A DNA stretch of 63,617 bases, the filler included, from Nemertoderma westbladi (Eukaryota > Animalia > Xenacoelomorpha), in NCBI GenBank assembly GCA_032718475.1. It is 3 parts of 3 records of this genome, joined end to end, with 100 filler letters (N's around TTAATTAATTAA, not from the genome) between each part and the next. Parts side by side here need not be neighbours in the genome. Positions count along the whole stretch, not along the records: positions 20,715 to 51,468 come from JAUCBJ010004865.1; positions 51,569 to 63,617 come from JAUCBJ010000274.1; 1 more part is not named here. The stretch is one strand, 5' to 3'. Shown one piece after another: positions 45,600-57,500 of this stretch. The position numbers and the translations under genes are program-made. The first letter of the stretch is position 1. Each line of letters opens with the position of its first letter. The notes beneath the pieces are model-generated. The model saw only the letters and a program-made list of their open reading frames with translations, was not told the DNA's origin and made no database searches.

Positions 45600-48500
45600 T
45601 CACTTACCTGACTCGGGCTGGTTCTTTCAAATTTTGTGTGCAGTAAGATATGATGTTTCGCGCCGCACTTAGCACACCTCGTGTCTGAGTAACAGGTTCA
45701 CCATTGGTGTCCTTGTCTGCGACAATTATAACACAACCGCTTATCCCACATGACATCACGTCTATCCTTTAGGGATTTCTTTAAGAATTCATCACATCCA
45801 CTTAAATGATGGGGCCCGTCACATAATGCACATTTGGGTTTGATGTTACTTACCTTCATTTGTGTGGTGTTGTGCACACTTGTTCTTTCTTCGGGCTTTC
45901 TTCCATGAATTATCTTAGGAGACGTAGGAGGAGTTTTCGTTACCTGTTCTCTCCTGTCACTGGTTCGAGACTTAGATTTACTTACGTCTTTAGATGTTTA
46001 GTTGACATAGTAAGATCTTTTTGTGTCTTTCCCGCTGTTCTCCTCTTGAGAGGTTTGGCTTTCGCCGTCGTCTGTATAACACACTGGTGTTACCTTTCTC
46101 CTAGAAACGGGTTTTTCACTTACTTTATTCTCTGGTGTCTTCTCTCGAGACTGCTTTAGGAGCTGTAATCTTGCCTCACCATTTAAGAATGACATGAGAT
46201 AAGCCATGGTAGGGTCTCTTTGTTGCTGGTCCATCATATAGAGCACTCTCTTGTCCCAACGCGTACCTACTCCACCCTTAGGCAAAGTAGAGGCCACGGC
46301 TCCAACAACCATGGAACTCTGATATTCATGAGACTTACCTAGCCAATCTAACTGTCTACAGATCTCCTGGATCTCATCGGAAAATTCTATAATCCCGCTG
46401 CTAAGAAACTTTCGGGGCGCTACTAATTTCGAATACAAATACCTAGCTATGTTAGTCCTATTACCATACCTGATGTTTAGTGTATCCCAAACTTGTCTTA
46501 ATCCATCTGGATGTCCAATAAACTTTAACGCCATTAACTTGGGAGGTCCTTCCAAGCACTCGATGAGGAATCTAAGTTTCTCTCCGTGGGATAATACGGA
46601 ACTCTGTATGTTATCTTTATAATATTCATTAAAAGGTAACCATTTCATCTCATCTCCGTTGAACTTGATGATCCGTTGATCTCTCCCACCTTTACCGCTT
46701 GACGGGCTTCTGTTCTAGCCATTTGACGCGTAAAATTTTCTTGGGCCATCGTATTATTTAATAATGAGTTATCGGTATATAAATTTCTCGGATTATGATC
46801 AGGTCTATATGGAATATCATTGTCAACAGGTTTATAATTACCCTTAATAGGATTTACTATAGGAGTTTCTACTTCACTAGCAGTATAGATGCGTGTAGGC
46901 TCCACACCTTGCGCATGAAATACTTCAGACCTAACACATTGTTACAGGGGGTGGTGTTATACCCCTTTGTATATTTACCAATTTATCACGTTCTAACGCG
47001 ATACTCTGCTGCACTTCTTGCAACTCTAACCTACTCTCTCTTACTGTTCCTTTTAACTGCTGAACAGTCCCTTCCATCTCTTGGACCTGCTGGAAGGAAC
47101 GCATACTGTTTTCCTCCAATTGTCCGAGCAGGAGATCCATCCCCCGCCGTCGCTCATCCACCCACTCTACCGCCGAAGCAGGAGCCGCTAACATAGTAGC
47201 GGGTAGACGAGGGACGACGGGCGACAAATCATTGATGTCTCGCTCGGCGTCCAGGACCGGGACAGGTTCAGGGGCCATTCTATTGGGCACAGGTAGTTTA
47301 GTACTGTGCAAAGGGAATTTAGAGTTAAGTTCTGGAAGTACAGGGGTCTCTATCACAGAGGGGGTGGCTTCGAGAACAGGCCTAATTATTTCCGGCTCAT
47401 CTACTATAGTAGGGAGTCTTTCTACTCTAATAATTTGGCCTGTGGGTTCTGTACTACCTAAATCTACACTAGCTAGTTGCCTTCTCACAGCTGGGGGCAA
47501 ATTAGGCAATTTCTGACGGTGGGGCGTTCTTCTACGTCTGCTGGAACGAGGTCTATTTCCTCCGCCTTCAGGATCTGTTGTATCGCCTTCATCAGATGAT
47601 GTAAATCCCTGTCTCTTGGGAGTAGATCGACTTATCATCTGCATCTGACTAGCTGTTCTCCATTTATTTAAGTAGTCTTGCTTCTCTTGAAGATTTTCCA
47701 ACTCTAGTTGGGCTGTCTCTTCAGATGCCCTCCGTTCTGCTGCTGCCACTGCCTCTGCTGCCTTTCTTTCCGCTTCTGCCGCTGCTGCTTTTCTTTCTGC
47801 CTCTGCCGCCTTTCTTTCTGCTTCGGCTGCTGCTGCTTTTCTTTCTGCTTCTGCCGCCTTTCTTTCCGCTTCTGCCACTGCCGCTTTTCTTTCAGCTTCT
47901 GCCTCTTTTCTTTCCGCTTCTGCCGCTGCCGCTGCCGCTGCCGCTGCCGCTGCCGCTTTTCTTTCAACTTCTGCCGCTGCTGCTGCCTTTCGGTCTTCTA
48001 TACGTTTTTTCTTTAATTGTTCTTCCTGTTCTCTAGCGATGAGGATGCTTTCATCAAATCTAGCCTGGTCCACGGCTAACATTTCCGCATCTAATGAGTC
48101 TAACACAAATTTGGCTCCTTCACTATTAGGGTGAAGTCCAGCTAGACGTCTCCTTAACTCTTTGTCACCTATAAATCGTTGATAGTCCGACAGATAGATG
48201 TCTTCTTCTGAGGTTTCTCCGATGTCACTTCGCTTTCGACTTGAGAAAAGGTAGCGTCTGTTGACTCTCCGTGGGTCATGCGCTCGGTTAGTTGAGTTTT
48301 CCATTGGGTCGTTCCTTGGACTTTAAGACTCACCCTTTGGAACCAAGTCTTTACGGCAACTTGCAACGACGTGTTTTGGCTTCTCTTCGAGGCTTCTTCA
48401 AAGGCGGAAAGGATTAGTCTGATTCTTAAGATTCGTTCTCGAACTTGATAAAGCAGCTCTCCCTGCTCTTGAGGTCCTTGGGGTTGTTGAAACAGGTGTT

Positions 48501-49154
48501 CCTCTAAGCACTCCAAAGAGCTGAAGAATCCCTGTACATATCCTGCTGCTGACCTCTTCCACACAGCTGGATCTCGAGTATCCTTTACTACTCCCATCCT
48601 ATATAAGTCCTCCCAGGCAGCTTCCGATAGGTTAAACGGGAGTCCGGGTCCGGGGAAGTTCCATTGCGTCTCGACAATAGACTTCAGTTCCTCCTTTGTG
48701 TATCCCGCATAACTTTCCTTGGTCGATCGCTTACTTCTCGCCCAATCGATTTGATGTTCTTCCACGGCGATCAATACTCTAGTGAGTACAGCTTCAGGAA
48801 GAATTAGAAGTGGATCCGAATAAACTGCTTCTGCCATCATTGCTCCGATCTCGGGTGTCAACTCTACAGTATCTGAGGTACTGGAGCTACCCGTCCGGGA
48901 GAAATAAGTTCTCGGTTAGGGTGCTGCTGCTGCTTAACAGCTGCCTCTTGGTCCCGCTTGACTTGAGCCCGAGTGCCTATAATAGACCTATGGTGCTTGA
49001 CTAGCCTAGGGTCTGATACTACTACTGGAGGGATGACCTTTCTTACAGTAGGAGGGGACTTGGACTTCGGTCTAAGATGTTCTGCACTCCTGTCTGAGTC
49101 GCAGACTGTTCTTTCTAGGAGACTATCTGACAGAGTTTGCTTTGTGTCAGCCAT
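45600..49154 (-). pseudogene. BEL gag (long N-terminal extension, coiled coil, DUF1759-like core, Cys-His knuckles)
   Basis: (EAERKAA)n helix, EKLRFLIECLEG...WDTLNIRYGN, CALC..HHLSGC...LCYNC...GH...CAKCGAKHHILLH; fragmented by frameshifts and stops. Confidence 0.85.
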
Positions 49155-51468
49155 GTTTGATTGTACAGTTGAATGCCTACTACTATAACGACAGGTAAAG
49201 CAAGTCTAGTAATCCAGTGTCAACCTAGTAATCCTAGTAATGCCTAGTAAGCCTAGTAATTAATTACCGATATCGTTACTCACTGTAACGCGATATATAT
49301 ATAAGATATTAGAATACCGGTATGCTTATGGTATATATAAGTATTATTACAGACTATAATTAGTCACAGAATACCGGTATATAATTTCAGCAGAAATTTA
49401 TATATATAAATACAATAAGCCTATCGTAAATACCGGTATACAGCATACACTTATAGTATATATAAGTATTAATATGGACCAGGATTATTTACAGAATACC
49501 GGTATAATTTCAGCCTAAATTTATATAAATGTATATAATAAGCCTATTGTGAATACCGGTAATGTCAATTATTTTAGAATAACTGAATTTCTGAATTTAG
49601 GGTTACCTTTCTTTACTTTAATACTGTTATTAAGCAGTAGCCCAACTGATATTAAGACCTAGTTGATGTATAACAGGCCTACTATTTTATAAATCGGTTT
49701 GAGTTGATTTATAATATATATATACCCGTATAATGGGTTTTTGACAATGTTTGAAATAAATGTTATTATTTCTGGTAAGGAGTCACTACACAGAAGGTGT
49801 ACGCTCTCAGTGGAGTGCTACTTGTTGGACACTAAAACATATAATTCTACTTTACTAAGTTACTTATTACTACAAATTACATACAATGACTGTGTGAGAT
49901 TACAATCTCTAAATTAAACGATAACAAGTTACACGTACAAATTTTAGGGTAATTTTACAGGAAATCTACAAACCAGCCTAACAAGGAGTTAGAATTTCTG
50001 GTTATTACAAACGGGCAGGATACTACAGTATTTGAAAATAATAAAGCAGTAGAAAATAAATTGCGTTGTCTAGATAAGAAAATACCACCGTCTGACGACT
50101 TATAGTCTTTAGCTCTACAGCTCTATAAGTACTACGTTATATACCCGGAGTGTCCTTACCTAGAAGTTAATTACTGCAGCCAACCAGAGCTAACGTGCCT
50201 ATTAACCACTTTACAACACAAATATACTGCCTACACACTAATTACTTTCGGAAAGCACTGTACACTAAACCCTAAATTAGGTACAAGTACTTATACAACA
50301 AATAACCAGCAGTTAAATATACTTGTACAGCTAAAAGAACCACGGACTGACCAGAGCATAAAATCATCAGTCTTTACCTTCGCCAAGCAGCCCTGATGTA
50401 GTACCGGGGTTAATTTAACTATAACGGTATGTATAACAAGCACAATTACTGTAGGAATAAACTTGGGGATTATGTAGGTTGCGAATAATCGCATAAACTC
50501 TGAATAATAAATATTACGCTACCTGTGCAGACTATACAAACAAAATACAGACCAAATGCTGGCAGACTACTATCAAGCCTAAATAAACTACAGTATATGC
50601 AGACTCCAAAATGGTTAGTTAGTATGCGTTCTAACCGAGTAGTACGACTTAGTCTTTCGGAGGGGATTTACCTTACAACACTGGATGCCCCCACCTTCCT
50701 AACTAGTACTTTATCGGACATACACTCTACACACACTGCAATCTCTTCAGACCCAACAACAGCCAGACAACAATCTAGCCTACAAATTATTTGTACAATT
50801 TGAGCGGGCTTACACGCCTTCTGCTCAATATTACACTTACAGATAAATAAAACTGACAGAAATAAGTAAACCATACAAAGGAATAAGGGGTGATCAATCC
50901 CTAATCCCCTGACAGCCTACAATATACATTATCACAATCGAAATAATACTAGTACCGGTAAGTACCGGTTCGGGTGGTTAGGTAGTTAGGCCTACAGGTT
51001 ACCGTCCGACCGGTACACTAGACTTTTTTGCCTATGGTGCAATAAAGAAACTAAAAAATCTATTATTGTTCGCGCTTTTAGACCTTTAGCAGTTTAACCT
51101 GCCAATTTTAGGTGTCTTCTTGTTTATAAATCGACTTTAGCCTATAACAATTATTTAGTGCACATGAAGTTAACTGACGTCTTCTCGCTCACCCACTCTC
51201 GGCGCTAACATCTCTCTCTCTGCCCGGCTGAACCCTCCTGGGGATACTCGCAACCCCCCTACTATTCTCCGTCGTCGGGTGCCGCGGTTCACCTAACTCG
51301 CCACGCGCATTGTCCGCCGACGCTTGTAGGGCATTCTCTCCCCCCCCCCCCCCCCTCTCGCCACTAATCTGCCGTGGTGGGGCGCCCGTAGCCCCCCCCC
51401 CCCCACTCGCCACTTCTTACTTCACTACCTCTTACTTCGCTTCTACACCCCTCTTGTGGTACATTCTC

Positions 51469-51568
51469 NNNNNNNNNNNNNNNNNNNNNNNNNNNNNNNN
51501 NNNNNNNNNNNNTTAATTAATTAANNNNNNNNNNNNNNNNNNNNNNNNNNNNNNNNNNNNNNNNNNNN
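51469..51568. other. Assembly gap
   Basis: 100-nt N run with a central TTAATTAATTAA spacer. Confidence 0.98.
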
Positions 51569-51805
51569 AGTAGCCCTAACTCTACCTAGATAACCTCAAG
51601 TGGATTCAAGCTTTTGGGACGGACAGTGGTGGGACTTGTGCCGGTTATCGTTGTCGTGCTGTTGCTACATGTTGGCGTAAACACCGCGACAACGGTACAT
51701 CGGCGCTGAGAAACCCACTGTCCGTGGGCAAAGCCTAGTAGGCAGCGACGCCCGCTTGCCTAAAATATTAACTCATATTGATATTGATAAACTCAGATAG
51801 CAGAT

Positions 51806-53255
51806 ATGACGGAATTGATAGAAGATGACCTTGGTATTAGAGAGCGATATACTCTACCTTTACAAGCGTTTGTGGATAGCTTGATACGCGGCGAAGCCGA
51901 TCCGACTATTACGGAGGACGATGGTCGTTATATCGAACCGCCGATGTCCCAGGAACAACTTACGCGCGAATTGGACTATAGAAAATTCACCGCTCGCTAT
52001 ACGAATCGTAATGGTACGTATATGGACTTCTTAACTACCGGCCATCCTATCGATTTACATGATACGGTCGATGTAGACACCGAAAGGGAAATGGTTCTAT
52101 TTAAATATCATACCCAGCGGCGTCGTAACGATAAACCGAGAATAGATCACGAAAATTCTATTCGTAACAGACTGGGAAGACGAACCAATATGTTTAGAAT
52201 CTGAAGAGATTCAGCCCCCCACGTCTCGGAGTAGCGATGGCGACTGCATATTGGAGTGGTATCGAGGTCCCCAGTGTCTTACTGCGTATGATTATCGCCA
52301 TGCCAATTATGTTTCTAGACAACGTTGTCGGCTATGCGCATCGAGAGACCATATTACGTCTATGGACACCAACGATCTTTGTTCCTATTTCCACGAGCAA
52401 CCGTCGATGGAAATCTATTGTGCATATTGTCGGCTTAATAATTTGCACATTTTTGCTGTCTGCCCCCAATTTATGACTCAATGCCATCATTGTCAATTAA
52501 AAGGACACGCCAGCTTTGATTGTCCCTTTAACTATGATTTAGAGAGCGTAGATGAAATGATTGCACTACGTTATATCAGAGCTTGGGAAGCGAACGCTGA
52601 TTTACATTGTGATTCACGCCATCGCTATTATCCTGGACGCGCCTACGAAGGAGTTTATGCGTTCCATCCATATTTGTTTGCCTCCGTCGAGCAGAAATCG
52701 CGCCTATCAAGTTATGAACTATTGAAGCGCGTTGGAGAATGTATTTCAACCAAATATGTACGCAAATTCCTCAGGAGCATTAATCCGAGTGACATCAATT
52801 CGTATAACTTAATAAACTTTATCCGTCAAGATCCGGCCTATGGAGACTTATTTGTCAACTCACACCCTGAGTTACAGGAAGTATATCGACGGCCTTACGA
52901 GTACAGAGCCCGCGAACGCGAGTTGGAAAGAACCATTAAACCAAGGAAGTTTCTAACTGCCTATGGTCCACCCACGGCCCTCGTTCAGACCACTCGTAAA
53001 GGACCCGTAAGAGCGGCTGTCTTGAAACGAGCTCTCAAAGCCGTTAGACCCCTCTCCCCGGACGTTGATGTCAATCAACCCGGTACTTCGACCGGCGGAT
53101 ATACCGATCGCAATCCCATACCTTTTGATGCAATCATATTGCACCCTTCACCCAGGAGTTATAGCCCTCCTCGTAAAGTGGCTCGCCCCAAAGAGAAAAG
53201 GACTCTTGCTAGCTTTAAAAAACTGCGTAAACGCCGTCCGCGCAAGAAAGACTAA
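51806..53255 (+). pseudogene. ~480-aa CCHC zinc-finger protein with one frameshift near 52145
   Basis: The 132-aa ORF overlaps a second frame open from 52146; CRLCASRDH-x9-C, CAYC-x5-H-x4-CP, CHHCQLKGHASFDC; basic C-terminus KKLRKRRPRKKD. Confidence 0.6.
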
Positions 53256-54574
53256 CTGTTTAGAGTATTTACGTATATTAGAAACTGTGATTTTTGTATA
53301 TTTATAGACTCAAATCCCATTTTCTGGGAGCGGTGTAAAAGCTTCTGTGGGATATAACTGGCCCCTTTTGCTTCGCAATCCAGTTTCCCCCCAGGCGCTG
53401 GAATACTCTAAAAAGGTTCTCTAACTGTATATATATTCCCCTCGCCCGCAAGGTACCGTTACAGGTGTTTTAACGGACATAAAAGTCATTCTGCTATATA
53501 CGTGTTTTGGCGGACATGGTAAGGCAAAAAACCTGCAATGCACCAACTACCTTTCACAGCTTAGCCGTGATGATTCATATTACGACATCTAACAGCTGGT
53601 TGCTGACATGGAAACAGCCATTGGATGCATGGTTCTTTGTTTGGCTTGAGCCAATCAGAGCGATTTTTCCTGTCGACGTGTAGCTTTTCGGCCGATCATA
53701 AGGAGAGTGTTCAGTCTTACTGTTTTTACTTGATACTTTGTTGTTATTGCTGTCTAAGCCAGAAACACCGGCTCTAGAAACTCTAGTAAAACTGCTTAAA
53801 TTATCGAAAGTATAAACTGTTACCAAACTAATCTCACTAATCGAACGAACTCACTATCTCACTTAATTTAACTGCATTAATCATATTGTTTGTACTGTTA
53901 TTTACCGTCAGTTATTAATTGTACCTATTTGTTGATGGAAATATTGCTCTTTGGATAATACGGATAAATCACCCAAATTCCCAATTTTCTTGATACACTA
54001 CAGGTTAGAGAGACCGGCTATACATAACAATTGCGATTTATATTAATGTGGTGTGTATTGAATCTAATGTTATTTAGCAGACACTACATGAGTCAATTAC
54101 TGCTCTCTTTATGTGTGATCAAATATACTGACGGTCGGCAGAATAGTGTGTATGATTGTGATTGGTAACAAAGTATTTCCTAAAGAATACGCTTTATACT
54201 TTAATCATAAGCAGTATCGTTGCGTTTAGTATAAGTCCTAGTTCTGTTTAAATAGATAGAGCGCCACGTCCTAAAGGAACTGTTAATATTTCCCGAAAGC
54301 CAATAATATCTGTCAGAAATTAATTATTAACGATCTATCGAATAATACAGTAAGTTTACACTGCAACCTTACACTGCAATAATAAAATTTAAGCATCCGA
54401 ATTCAGCCTCCCGGGTGTAGATCCATCGGGTGAATGATCGCGCATGGGCTGACTTCGGCTAATGTTTTGTGTATTAGCATAAAATATTGTCGTATGCTAA
54501 AGGTGTTTTTATTAACTAAAAGACATATAAATTTTGGCAGGTTAAACTGCTAAAGGTCTTCAAAAGCGCGAACA

Positions 54575-57500
54575 CAAATAATCATATGAGCCAACTCCTC
54601 GTCATCGGACCAATACCAACATTCCTAAAGTTAGGCATCTCCCTTATTGGCTATATAATGTAAAGGTTAATGGAAAATTCCACTGATATATAATCCCAGT
54701 GTCAGCTACGAATCCGGGGCTCATTATAACAACCTATACTGGACAGAGCAACGTATTTGGGACAAGAGCTGGTTGAGGTATATGTACAGTGGAAATTCCC
54801 ATTCTAAATATTTGCATTTGGAATACATGTTCCCTAGTTATGGTTAAAGATATACTGTGGGTGCCTTGCAAATGGCCTGTAAGACTGTGATGCATTATAG
54901 GCTATAGTGTCACCATAGTCACATTATTTCATTTCATGTTGTGCAATTTATTCATATTGTGCAATTTATTCATGTTATGCAATTTATTCATTGTGAAATT
55001 TATTCATTGTGCAATTTATTCATGTGGTGCAATTTATTCACATATAATAAATCTAAATACATTCATATAATAATAATTAAATGACAATCAAATTAGTGAT
55101 ATCGCAACCTCTTCCCCCAGACTTAACTTCATCCCAAATAGTCGTTAATAAGTCTTAAATTGGACTCAAATAGGTTGTTTGTGTCCCATATAGGGTGTTT
55201 GTGTAACGTATAGGGTGTGAAGTACTTATAATGATTCCAAATAGTTTCGAAATGTAATGGAATACTCAAAAGAATATAGAATCCACTATCATAGCTTTCA
55301 TTTAAATTTGTCCCAAATAGGTTGTTTGTGTCCCATATAGGGTGTTTGTGTCCCATATAGGGTGTTTATGTCCCAAATAGCGTGTCACTTTCTCAAAATG
55401 ATTTTAAATAATTTCTAAATCTCATGGAATACTCAAAAGAATATATAATTTAATACCATAGCTTTAATTTCAATTTGTCCCAAATAGGTTGTTTTTGTCC
55501 CAAATAGGGTGTTTGTGTCCCGTATAGGGTGAGAATTGCGTATAATGATTTCAAATATTTTCTAAATGTAATGGAATACTCAAAAGAATATAGAATTCAA
55601 TATCATAGCTTTAATTTAAATTTGTCCCAAATAGGTTGTTTATGTCCCATATAGGGTGTTTGTGTCCCATATAGGGTGTTTGTGTCCCAAATAGCGTGTC
55701 ACTTTCTCAAAATGATTTTAAATAATTTCTAAATCTCATGGAATACTCAAAAGAATATATAATTTAATACCATAGCTTTAATTTCAATTTGTCCCAAATA
55801 GGTTGTTTTTGTCCCAAATAGGGTGTTTGTGTCCCGTATAGGGTGTGAATTGCGTATAATGATTTCAAATATTTTCTAAATGTAATGGAATACTCAAAAG
55901 AATATAGAATTCAATATCATAGCTTTAATTTAAATTTGTCCCAAATAGGTTGTTTTTGTCCCATATAGGGTGTTTTTGTGCCAAATAGCGTATGACTTTC
56001 TCAAAATGATTTTACATAGTTTATAACTATAATGGAAATACTCAAAAAGAAAATAGAATCCACTATCATAACTTTAATTTAAATTTGTCCCAAATAGGTT
56101 GTTTGTGTCCCATATAGGGTGTTTTTGTCCCATATAGGGTGTTTGTGTCCCAAATAGCGTATGACTTTCTCAAAATGATATTACATAGTTTATAAATATA
56201 ATGGAATACTCAAAAGAAAATATAATTTACTATCATAGCTTTAATTTAAATTTGTCCCAAATAGGTTGTTTTTGTCCCATATAGGGTGTTTGTGTGCCAA
56301 ATAGCGTATGACTTTCTCAAAATTATTTTACATAGTTTATAAATATAATGGAATACTCAAAAGAAAATATAATTTACTATCATAGCTTTAATTTAAATTT
56401 GTCCCAAATAGGTTGTTTTTGTCCCATATAGGGTGTTTGTGTGCCAAATAGCGTATGACTTTCTCAAAATTATTTTACATAGTTTATAAATATAATGGAA
56501 ATACTCAAAAGAAAATAGAATCCACTATCATAGCTTTAATTTAAATTTGTCCCAAATAGGTTGTTTGTTTCCCATATAGGGTGTTTGTGTCCCGTATAGG
56601 GTGTGAAGTGCTTATAATGATTTCAAATAGTTTCGAAATGTAATGGAATACTCAAAAGAATATAGAATTCACTATCCTAGCTTTAATTTAAATTTGTCCC
56701 AAATAGCTTGTATATGTCCCATATAGGGTGTTTGTGTCCCATATAGGGCGTTTGTGTCCCAAATAGCGTGTGACTTTCTCAAAATGATTTTACAAAGTTT
56801 ATAAATATAATGGAATACTCAAAAGAAAATATAATTTACTATCATAGCTTTAATTTAAATTTGTCCCAAATAGGTTGTTTTTGTCCCATATAGGGTGTTT
56901 GTGTGCCAAATAGCGTATGACTTTCTCAAAATTATTTTACATAGTTTATAAATATAATGGAAATACTCAAAAGAAAATAGAATCCACTATCATAGCTTTA
57001 GTTTAAATTTGTCCCAAATAGGTTGTTTGTGTCCCATATAGGGTGTTTGTGTCCCGTATAGGGTGTGAAGTGCTTATAATGATTTCAAATAGTTTCGAAA
57101 TGTAATGGAATACTCAAAAGAATATAGAATTCACTATCCTAGCTTTAATTTAAATTTGTCCCAAATAGGTTGTATATGTCCCATATAGGGTGTTTGTGTC
57201 CCATATAGGGTGTCTGTGTCCCAAATAGCGTGTGGCTTTCTCAAAATGATTTTACATAGTTCATAAATATAATGGAATACTCAGAGGAAAATATAATTCA
57301 CTATCATAGCTTTAATTTAAATTTGTCCCAAATAGGTTGTTTTTATCCCATATAGGGTGTTAGTGTAATAGTTTATAAATATAATGGAATAATAACAAAA
57401 ATATTTTTTCCTTTATAAACTATGTAAAATCATTTTGAGAAAGTCATACGCAATTTGGGACACAAACACCCTATATGGGACACACATACCCTATATGGGA

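Larger units (their letters stand above)
30505..54574 (-). mobile_element. BEL/Pao LTR retrotransposon, degenerate, 3' LTR absent, three nested insertions
   Basis: Minus-strand order gag, protease, RT, RNase H, integrase; the right boundary is inferred from the TGT...ACA segment 51067-54574. Confidence 0.85.
51067..54574 (-). repeat. Putative long 5' LTR (or a separate TGT...ACA element) with ~100-bp inverted ends
   Basis: TGTTCGCGCTTTTAGACCTTTAGCAGTTTAACCTGCCAA at 51067 is inverted at 54534-54574; the right end abuts exactly where the foldback left arm is cut; spans a gap. Confidence 0.5.

Noticed and set aside
54397-54458. CCGAATTCAGCC/GGCTGACTTCGG stem
   Set aside because: Single 12-bp stem with a mismatch and no recognisable ribozyme topology
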